A stretch of 64,000 bases of DNA, taken from a virus. Taxonomy: Duplodnaviria; Caudoviricetes. Positions within the stretch are counted from its first letter, which is position 1. The number at the start of each line of letters is the position of its first letter. The stretch lies in the IMG/VR virus record IMGVR_UViG_3300002895_000002, positions 128,001 through 192,000 of that record; one strand, 5' to 3'. A program made the position numbers and the translations under genes. This document shows, piece after piece, positions 57,030 through 64,000 of this stretch. The notes under the pieces are model-generated. The model was not told where the DNA came from, made no database searches, and worked only from the letters and a program-made list of their open reading frames with translations.

Positions 57030-58136
57030 ATGGAATTTAACAGCAAGAAAAATAGCGGATTTACTCTCATTGATAAGGGAATGTCCCAGATGCCGCCAGC
57101 GGCACAGGTTAACATCCCAACTCCGGATGGATCCCCGAAGCTTGTATACAACAAGGAGCTAACTGTTGAGGGATCTGTCGTCGAACCTGCTCTCACCTCT
57201 GCTGTTGCTACGGTAAAAGAGCTCCCGAAAGCAACAGAGTCCGGGATTCGGGCAGGATCACAGTGGCTAAAGGAACAGGTTGCTGTCGTTACTGAATCCC
57301 AGATCGTCAAAGATGCAAAGACCCTAGGGGAAGATGGGCTCAAGAAGGCTCAGGAAGCAAAGCAGGAATCATTGAGCTGGTATGCTGCAAAGAAGAAAGC
57401 TCTTGGAACCTGGGTTCAAAAGATCAACTGTTCGTTCCTGTCTAAGAATGATGCTAAGCCGGAAGCTCAACCACCAGCAAAACCTGAGACCAAGGGTGGT
57501 GCTAGAAAGATTGAAGAACCGGCTCCGACTATTACTCAGAATGTTTACGGAGAGACACGAGTCCTTGCTCTTGACAAGGCAGGTAACTCCATCACAACCA
57601 CCTCGTCTGAAGGTAACAAAACGATATTATTTCAACATGGATCCGGCACCTATCTCAAGATGGAGGACGGTGGTGGAACCCTTGATAAAACCCGGGACAG
57701 AAAACTTACGATTATCGATAAAAACTGGGAGATTTCCATAGGCGAAGATGAGATTAAATTAGTCTCTGGTGATCAGGTCGTAAACATCAAAAAAACTGTT
57801 CTGACCAATATAGAAGAAGATGAGAACCATAACGTTGATGGTGAGCGGTCGATTAAGGTCGGTCAGAATCAACTTCACGATATAGGAAAGAATGATACTA
57901 CAACTGTTGGTGCTGACAGAACTCTGTCTGTTGCAGGTAAAGAAGAGATTAAGGTTGGAGGGGATTCAACAACGACAATCATGGGTGGTGAAACAAGGAC
58001 GATCAATACCCAATTGACTATCACTGTCAATGGTCCGATCTCTGTAAATTGCATGAGTGCAGACATTACTGCTCTCTCCATGGCTAAAGTCAAATCACCA
58101 ATCATTCGGTTACTTGGCCGCATAATGATGAACTGA
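57030..58136 (+). CDS. gp5: Tail spike gp5, C-terminal beta-helix part
   Basis: HGSGTYLKM followed by 8-residue V/I-x-G repeats. Confidence 0.8.
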   Translation: MEFNSKKNSGFTLIDKGMSQMPPAAQVNIPTPDGSPKLVYNKELTVEGSVVEPALTSAVATVKELPKATESGIRAGSQWLKEQVAVVTESQIVKDAKTLGEDGLKKAQEAKQESLSWYAAKKKALGTWVQKINCSFLSKNDAKPEAQPPAKPETKGGARKIEEPAPTITQNVYGETRVLALDKAGNSITTTSSEGNKTILFQHGSGTYLKMEDGGGTLDKTRDRKLTIIDKNWEISIGEDEIKLVSGDQVVNIKKTVLTNIEEDENHNVDGERSIKVGQNQLHDIGKNDTTTVGADRTLSVAGKEEIKVGGDSTTTIMGGETRTINTQLTITVNGPISVNCMSADITALSMAKVKSPIIRLLGRIMMN

Positions 58137-58155
58137 TCCGAGAATAAATACTAAC

Positions 58156-59016
58156 ATGCCAATTGATCCAAAATATATACCTGAGATACCGTCCAGCTTC
58201 CAAATCGGTAATAACGGAAACCAACTCAACAAAGAGTTGAAAGCTGATCTCCGCAAAGTTACCCAGTCCGGCCCTCAAGCTGTTATCTGTAATGCTATTC
58301 TTGCTGAATATAACATGGCTGTTAAGACTTTGGATACACTGACACTCAGCTACCGAGTCCTGCAGGAAGAATTGAAAGGTGCTCTTTCCGTCTATGACCC
58401 ATCTTGGTATGATGCAGCAAATAAGGGAATCAACCAAGTAGGTAATGGCGTTGAAAATATGAATCCCCAGACCACAATGACTGGGGCTCAGGCAGAACTG
58501 GCGAACGTGATGACCCAAGCATGCCCGGATATTGCAAACGTGATTCCGGATTCATTAAATAAAACAATCGCGGAATTCAAAGAGCTGGGTGGTATGGTAG
58601 GATCAGCCGCAGCAACATGTGCTAAACAGCTCGGAAAAGATGTTCTGACCTCTTTAAAGAATATGACTTCAGGAATGAAGATGGGGAAGATGGATGATTT
58701 ACTTGGAGCGGCAAAAGCAATCATAATTACTCCCATCAAAGCTATTGAAACTTTTCTCGAGGTTACTGGTGCTCTCGGATTCTTGAAGATTCTGAAAATG
58801 GCCGAGGCATGTTTGACGAAACAAGGCCTTTGTGGTTTTGACCGAAGAGTATTCGTTCGTCCGGGAACAAACCAGACTCAGTACGAATATTTTTCAAGAC
58901 TGCTTTGCGTGAACGAGAACGGGGAATTTGATCTGAAACTGCTCACTGACGTGGATCGCCAGAAGGCTGATCAAATCTCAACCCTCTACAAAAAATACAA
59001 AAAAGTTTCTGGATAA
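58156..59016 (+). CDS. Hypothetical late protein
   Basis: TAAATA upstream; 286 aa, helical. Confidence 0.65.
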   Translation: MPIDPKYIPEIPSSFQIGNNGNQLNKELKADLRKVTQSGPQAVICNAILAEYNMAVKTLDTLTLSYRVLQEELKGALSVYDPSWYDAANKGINQVGNGVENMNPQTTMTGAQAELANVMTQACPDIANVIPDSLNKTIAEFKELGGMVGSAAATCAKQLGKDVLTSLKNMTSGMKMGKMDDLLGAAKAIIITPIKAIETFLEVTGALGFLKILKMAEACLTKQGLCGFDRRVFVRPGTNQTQYEYFSRLLCVNENGEFDLKLLTDVDRQKADQISTLYKKYKKVSG

Positions 59017-59043
59017 TCTCAAGAGGAATCTAAACGACTAAAC

Positions 59044-59109
59044 GACTATTGAACCCCCGCCCCAACCTACGGTTTAAGGATAACATGAGATCGAGCGACC
59101 TGTCAAATT
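59044..59109 (-). repeat. G-rich promoter-containing repeat, copy 2
   Basis: Reverse complement of 4858-4923 (42-bp and 13-bp identical blocks). Confidence 0.95.
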
Positions 59110-59171
59110 CGCTCTGTATCCTCTTGAAATCACTTTCACACCCCATATAATCACTTCCCAACAAATATTTC

Positions 59172-59200
59172 TTGACATCCCTCCCTCATTCTGTTATCAT
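59172..59200 (+). promoter_or_regulatory. Sigma70-type promoter
   Basis: TTGACA-17-TATCAT, 6 nt before ATG 59207. Confidence 0.8.
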
Positions 59201-59206
59201 CAAAAC

Positions 59207-59614
59207 ATGATAATAACGGAACAGGTAAATGTAGGTATTGTAGGTTCCCGTCGAAGAGATTCAGATGAAGATCTGGTCCTGACGAGAGTGTCCCTCCAAA
59301 AGCTCATTGAGCAATACGGACAGGGAAACATTACTCTAGTCTCCGGGGGCTGTCCAAAGGGAGGTGATCGTTTTGCGGAAATTCTAGCTAAAGAGTTTAA
59401 CCTACCAATCATAATTCATTATCCAGACAAATCGAAGATGCCGGAAACCCCAAAGCGGTGGGATTACGCAGTTATAGCGTATGCAAGAAACACCTTAATC
59501 GCTCGGGACAGTGATATCCTCCTTGCCGTCGTATCGTCCGACAGGAAAGGCGGCACGGAGGATACTATCAAGAAGTACCTGAAGATGGGCAAGAAAAATC
59601 TCATATTAGTCTAG
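59207..59614 (+). CDS. SLOG / DprA-Smf-like Rossmann-fold protein
   Basis: VGIVGSR, VSGGCPKGGD, ARNTLI, GGTEDT motifs. Confidence 0.8.
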   Translation: MIITEQVNVGIVGSRRRDSDEDLVLTRVSLQKLIEQYGQGNITLVSGGCPKGGDRFAEILAKEFNLPIIIHYPDKSKMPETPKRWDYAVIAYARNTLIARDSDILLAVVSSDRKGGTEDTIKKYLKMGKKNLILV

Positions 59615-59623
59615 GAGGATACA

Positions 59624-60346
59624 ATGAATGTCCGCAAGCGACAAAGCTATAACACCAAGGGAATGACTGACAAAGCGGACTGTCAGAAGTGGCACTTCCT
59701 GAAGAGAATTCGTGAGCGGTATGGAATTTACTTTGGTGAAGAGCGGTATGTCCAGATTGTAAATTCTATTCGTTCCGAACGATGTGCTGAAGAAAAGGGA
59801 ATTGAAGTTCGCTTTGTTAAAAAGCAATCCTGGCGAGTTGACGAGTATGAAGTGATTCTTCCTGAGGTAAAGGAGCTCATCAATTTCTACAAAACACTGG
59901 CTCTTTTGAGCTTGTCACAGTGTGATATTTTGACCCTTTGCGTTGACTTGATTGAATCCCTTATCAAGAACGATGTTCAATCTGTGATATCCCAAGTTCC
60001 CGAACTTGAGCTACTCATGGAAATTGAAGAACTTCCCATTTCATTCACTGCATGTTACGATCACCAGAGAAGGCAAATTATCACTGCTTTGTTTCCTTTG
60101 GATGAAGGATTGTTTACTGTTCATCAGTTTATTGATTACTTCGGAAATACTGTCAGTACCCGGACAGAGTATGGAAAATACTTTGAAATCAATATAAATA
60201 CAAAGACTTTACAAATACCATCCACAGATACCGAGTTGGTTTCAGCTAACGAAGAAATAATCCAATGGAAATCGGAGGACAAGAAACTATGGACCTGGAA
60301 CCGACAAATGGAGCAGCTCTCGATGGAGCTGAATGTGGAATGGTAG
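59624..60346 (+). CDS. Hypothetical protein
   Basis: AGGAGG RBS; 240 aa. Confidence 0.65.
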   Translation: MNVRKRQSYNTKGMTDKADCQKWHFLKRIRERYGIYFGEERYVQIVNSIRSERCAEEKGIEVRFVKKQSWRVDEYEVILPEVKELINFYKTLALLSLSQCDILTLCVDLIESLIKNDVQSVISQVPELELLMEIEELPISFTACYDHQRRQIITALFPLDEGLFTVHQFIDYFGNTVSTRTEYGKYFEININTKTLQIPSTDTELVSANEEIIQWKSEDKKLWTWNRQMEQLSMELNVEW

Positions 60347-61029
60347 AGGAATCTTCACCATTCATTCAGGGTACTCCTGACATTCCCTGCGAGTTCAACC
60401 TCATCTGCAAGACCTTTGAGGTGGAGTTCGATAATGAGCTCTTGAAGGATGAGGTCACCTACACGGTTGACTATCATGATGACAGGATCATCATCGTCCC
60501 GCGGTCCGAATACTTCAACCGCTCCAAGGAAGACGAGTATATCTCCTTCATCGCCTCCATCGTCTGCTCGTTCTTCATGTTCTGTAAGGCAGACGATGTT
60601 CTCGAAGATGACAAGATGATCCGCCTCTTCGCCCAGACATTCCATCAGATCGTCTCCACCTCTGTCTATGATGAGAAACCCGAGAAGCCTATGGTGGGTA
60701 TCCCATCGTCCTTCCAACTCTTCGGCAAGACGATCAACATTCGCCCAGACTTCTCCATGTACAAAGCCAACGGTGCCATGGGTCTCGCCAAGCCGCATGA
60801 GTGTGAGATCCTCCTGCTTCCGGATAACGACCTCATCCCTCGGTCCTCAGCAGATCTCTTCGGCACATACCTGCATGAGGTAGTGCACTTGGTGTTCCAT
60901 GCAATCGGTGAGGACGGCTTGTCCGCGAATGAAACGACAGTCAACCTCTTGGGATGCGCATTAGCCCAAGTCTATATGTCGGCTGAGTATTATGATCCAG
61001 AAATTGATGTTGAAGAGGAGGGAGAATAA
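60340..61029 (+). CDS. Putative Zn-metallopeptidase-like protein (HEXXH), internally duplicated
   Basis: YLHEVVHL..NETTV; two repeats starting IPCEFNLICKTF and IPSSFQLFGKTI. Confidence 0.65.
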   Translation: MVEESSPFIQGTPDIPCEFNLICKTFEVEFDNELLKDEVTYTVDYHDDRIIIVPRSEYFNRSKEDEYISFIASIVCSFFMFCKADDVLEDDKMIRLFAQTFHQIVSTSVYDEKPEKPMVGIPSSFQLFGKTINIRPDFSMYKANGAMGLAKPHECEILLLPDNDLIPRSSADLFGTYLHEVVHLVFHAIGEDGLSANETTVNLLGCALAQVYMSAEYYDPEIDVEEEGE

Positions 61030-61763
61030 TGGCTGGTAAACTTTTTGTGACTGGAGATCTCCACGGTGAAATTGATGGAAGAATAATCAGTTCTAATAAA
61101 TGGCCGGAAGGAAAAACATTAGATAGGGAAGATGTTCTGCTAGTGACCGGCGACTTTGGATTCTGGTGGAATGAATCCAGAAATGATTATTACTGGCGGG
61201 ATCGGCTCGAATCTAAACCATTTACCATCGCCTTTTGTGAAGGAAATCACGACAATCAACCGCTGATGGAACGGAACCCTACAGTAGAAAAGTGGGGTGC
61301 TGATGTGAAGCAACTCCGGGACAATGTCTTCTGGCTCAGACGTGGCCGGGTGTACGACATCAACGGCGTGTCAGTGTTTGCTTTCGGTGGTGCCACATCA
61401 TCCGACAAGGAAAGCCGTAATGCTTATGTGACTTGGTGGCCTGAGGAGGTTCCTACCTACGGCGAGTGGATGATCGGTGAGACTAATTTGGATGTTCGTA
61501 ACTGGCAGGTGGACATCGTTATCAGCCATACTCTTCCGACGTGCATGAAGGATGAAGCATTCAAGCTCATCCAGGAAAAACGTGGGTTTATGCAGCCCAT
61601 TGAGGATCCGACCGAAGCCATGCTCCAATCCTACTATGAGAAGACCCACTTCCTCGCATGGTTCGCTGGACATTTCCACACCAACACCCTACTTTCAGAC
61701 GGGAAGACCCGTGTCATATACCAAAGAGTGCTCGATGTGAAGCAGTTGCTCATGCGAGACTAG
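61029..61763 (+). CDS. Calcineurin-like metallophosphoesterase
   Basis: GDLHG, GDFG, GNHD, SHT, GHFH motifs. Confidence 0.9.
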   Translation: MAGKLFVTGDLHGEIDGRIISSNKWPEGKTLDREDVLLVTGDFGFWWNESRNDYYWRDRLESKPFTIAFCEGNHDNQPLMERNPTVEKWGADVKQLRDNVFWLRRGRVYDINGVSVFAFGGATSSDKESRNAYVTWWPEEVPTYGEWMIGETNLDVRNWQVDIVISHTLPTCMKDEAFKLIQEKRGFMQPIEDPTEAMLQSYYEKTHFLAWFAGHFHTNTLLSDGKTRVIYQRVLDVKQLLMRD

Positions 61764-61772
61764 GAGAAACGA

Positions 61773-62213
61773 ATGGAACTGATGATTTTGATAGCCATTA
61801 TGGCTGGGTTGGCTTTCTTTATGTTCATCGTAGATCGGCTGATTCGAACATACAAGAGAAGGAAAGTTGCGGTTGAACAAGCTATGGTCCTTCCAGAGCC
61901 GTTCAAAGACCACCCTGCGTTTCATGAGACAGATCTTCAGGAGTTCAGATATTTCTGGAGTATGTATGTCTTTTGTCAAAAATATCCAGGAATTCGATTG
62001 ACTCTTCATTTTAACCATTACCCAACGCTTGACGATGTGTTCCGTCTAATCAACAAAAAATTCGGTGAGGGTGACGAGCGTTTGGATCATTTCCGAAAGG
62101 TGATCTGGAATCTTCCCTTCCCTGAGAAGCCTCAGCAAGCTGGAGGGAAGTCCGAAATATCCCTCTTCGGAAATTCAATCACCATCAGTCACGATATAAT
62201 GACCGAGAACTAA
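61773..62213 (+). CDS. Hypothetical protein with an N-terminal TM helix
   Basis: AGGAG RBS; hydrophobic N-terminus. Confidence 0.6.
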   Translation: MELMILIAIMAGLAFFMFIVDRLIRTYKRRKVAVEQAMVLPEPFKDHPAFHETDLQEFRYFWSMYVFCQKYPGIRLTLHFNHYPTLDDVFRLINKKFGEGDERLDHFRKVIWNLPFPEKPQQAGGKSEISLFGNSITISHDIMTEN

Positions 62214-62221
62214 AAAATCTG

Positions 62222-62272
62222 TTGACATCAAACCTCCCTCATGTTATTATTGATTTACGACATGAGGGAGGT
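62222..62272 (+). promoter_or_regulatory. Sigma70-type promoter whose spacer pairs with the downstream RBS
   Basis: TTGACA-17-TATTAT; perfect 13-bp IR ACCTCCCTCATGT/ACATGAGGGAGGT. Confidence 0.85.
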
Positions 62273-62276
62273 CACA

Positions 62277-62576
62277 ATGAAAATCACCAATAAGATCCGT
62301 AAACCACTTTCCAAAATTACCCACTCCGTTTCCACTGTCAGACATAATTCCCTCACTGACGCACTAAACATCATCGAGAAAGAAGGCCTCGAACCTCTGG
62401 GCCTGGAACTTCAGAACGAAGACGGCACCCCGTTTGGTGCGATCTTTTGTGGTGAAGAAGGTACTGCTTATATCAGGTTCGGAAACGCTGAAGAGATGGT
62501 TGATAACTCCCTCCTAGTATATTACTGGCACAAGCTGTCAAACAACCGTTGGGAAATCAACGCTTACTTTTCATAA
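62277..62576 (+). CDS. Hypothetical protein
   Basis: GGGAGG RBS; 99 aa. Confidence 0.7.
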   Translation: MKITNKIRKPLSKITHSVSTVRHNSLTDALNIIEKEGLEPLGLELQNEDGTPFGAIFCGEEGTAYIRFGNAEEMVDNSLLVYYWHKLSNNRWEINAYFS

Positions 62577-62587
62577 AGGAGACCGCC

Positions 62588-62770
62588 ATGCCGTTTGTCA
62601 CTTCTGAAGTATACGCTGGAATGCCCGAAGAAGACCTCAACCTTATCATGTATGGCATTGTTGCTGAGCATGAGGAAGACCTCCTCATGCAGTATGATTT
62701 GGGTCTGGAACCCAATGAAACCATTGAGTATATGGCCGATGTTTACGAGATCGCCTACGGAGAAAAGTAA
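62588..62770 (+). CDS. Small acidic hypothetical protein
   Basis: AAGGAG RBS; MPFVTSEVY... Confidence 0.65.
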   Translation: MPFVTSEVYAGMPEEDLNLIMYGIVAEHEEDLLMQYDLGLEPNETIEYMADVYEIAYGEK

Positions 62771-63063
62771 TGAAAATCGAATGTAACGACGTAATGACTC
62801 TTATCCGCGGTTCTCTTATGGAGAACTTCTATCGCGAGAAGGACCGCATCATCAAGGAACACCTCATCAAGATTCTCGGTGAAGACTTCCGACTTGAACT
62901 TCCAAAACATAAGCTGTCGGTCAACATCTATCCGGATGGTTCAGAGCTTTACATGATCGACGGTGAAGGTATCGTGAAGTTCCTTTCGCTAAAGTCAGGT
63001 GTCGACATGCAGAATGGGAAGGGCAATCTGAGTCTTACCCAAAATTATTACTCCTTCGTATAA
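62770..63063 (+). CDS. Hypothetical protein
   Basis: 97 aa; start overlaps the previous stop. Confidence 0.65.
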   Translation: MKIECNDVMTLIRGSLMENFYREKDRIIKEHLIKILGEDFRLELPKHKLSVNIYPDGSELYMIDGEGIVKFLSLKSGVDMQNGKGNLSLTQNYYSFV

Positions 63064-63069
63064 AAACTG

Positions 63070-63114
63070 TTGACACTAGGTTTCCGTTCTGTTACTATAA
63101 TATAGTAATGGAAA
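63070..63114 (+). promoter_or_regulatory. Sigma70-type promoter with a hairpin over the -10 box and RBS
   Basis: TTGACA-17-TACTAT; TTACTAT/ATAGTAA plus TTTCCG/TGGAAA. Confidence 0.7.
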
Positions 63115-63120
63115 GGGTAA

Positions 63121-64000
63121 ATGAAGATGAATTTTACACGAGATTATTTGAAGAATATCTTTTCGACTTCGATACCTGATGCATTACTTGAACATGTTGA
63201 TTCTTCTAAATGTTTCGTGGTTGGTGGTGCGGTACGTGATATCCTCTTAAATATTCCTTACAATGACATAGATATAACCGTTTCAATCAATGAACAGGAG
63301 TTTAATGAACTTCCTTTTGAAAAAGTTGGAAAAAAATTCCCGGTTTATATCGTCGATGATAAAGAAGTTGCGCTAACAAGAACTGAGCGTTCAATAGGTA
63401 ATGGTCATAATGCATTTGAAATTGTATCAACGGGTGTTTCCATCGAGTCTGACTTAGCCAGACGCGATTTCACGATTGGATCTTTAGCGATTGATTGTAA
63501 AGGTAACCTCATCGACCCATTCGGCGGTGTGGAAGACCTGAACAGCCGCAAGCTCCGCGCTGTGTTTCCGGCAGCATTCCAGGAAGACCCCATCAGGATC
63601 CTCCGTGGTTGCCGCCTTGCCGCAAAGCTTGACTTCACTTTCGAGAGCAGAACCGCCGAGTTGATGTACGAAGCTGCTCCGCTGCTTGAAGGTGAGCGGA
63701 AAGAGATGATCGTAGTTGAACTCGAGAAGATGTACAAGCAGTGTGAAAAGCCGTCCGAGTACTTCTACCATCTCGCGAAGGTAGGTGCACTCGAGTACGT
63801 CTGTAGACCGCTCTTTGCTCTTCTCGGTGTTATCGCCGGTCCTGTCCAGTTCCATCACGACGAGCATGGGAACGAGATTACCGCTTTCGACCACACGATG
63901 TACGTGATCGACCGCTGCAAGGCCAATGGGTACAGCTTCGAGGTGTTCATGGCTTGTGTTGCTCATGACTTCGGCAAGGCAACCACCCCGACAGAGATCC
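63121..64000 (+). CDS. cca: tRNA nucleotidyltransferase (CCA-adding, HD domain), 3'-partial
   Basis: Translated by hand: FVVGGAVRDILL..NDIDI, DLARRDFTI, DPFGGVEDL, FQEDPIRILR, AHDFGK; missing from the ORF track because it runs off the window. Confidence 0.92.
   Translation, partial: MKMNFTRDYLKNIFSTSIPDALLEHVDSSKCFVVGGAVRDILLNIPYNDIDITVSINEQEFNELPFEKVGKKFPVYIVDDKEVALTRTERSIGNGHNAFEIVSTGVSIESDLARRDFTIGSLAIDCKGNLIDPFGGVEDLNSRKLRAVFPAAFQEDPIRILRGCRLAAKLDFTFESRTAELMYEAAPLLEGERKEMIVVELEKMYKQCEKPSEYFYHLAKVGALEYVCRPLFALLGVIAGPVQFHHDEHGNEITAFDHTMYVIDRCKANGYSFEVFMACVAHDFGKATTPTEI

Noticed and set aside
1-64000. Stop-codon reassignment, as seen in some jumbo phages
   Set aside because: Core genes are full length in code 11 and end in TAA, TAG and TGA.
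1-64000. CRISPR arrays, tRNA genes, diversity-generating retroelement
   Set aside because: By eye I found no regularly spaced repeats, cloverleafs, reverse transcriptase or TR/VR pair; a tRNAscan run would be needed to fully exclude tRNAs.

Overview
This is a 64-kb segment of a large T4-like (Tevenvirinae-related or jumbo) myophage, almost all on the + strand, with the standard genetic code. It runs from head genes (gp22 partial, gp23) through recombination, replication and late-transcription genes (uvsY, uvsW, gp55, gp47, gp46, uvsX, gp41, rnh, gp61, a DinG-like helicase, gp33, gp32). A baseplate/tail module follows (gp25, gp6, gp7/8-like, two fibres, three tube paralogues, gp26/51, tape measure, gp48, gp53, gp27-like, gp5), then accessory genes ending in a partial CCA-adding enzyme. 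There are six AT-rich homing-endonuclease genes (HEGs) and one remnant. The five strongest observations are: (1) a class II ribonucleotide reductase broken into three genes by two HEGs, where one junction carries a canonical split intein and the other an apparently splicing-dead Hint-like module (Cys...Asn followed by Val, TxxH replaced by DxxE); (2) a 42-bp identical G-rich promoter element present twice, inverted and 54 kb apart, a candidate R-loop origin; (3) a covarying three-way-junction RNA between convergent late promoters at two related antisense HNH elements; (4) sigma70-type promoters whose spacer is the reverse complement of their own leader or RBS; (5) a probable -1 frameshift joining gp26 to a start-less gp51. 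All gene names come from motif recognition and synteny; no database search was run. Several single-base homopolymer frameshifts could be assembly errors.
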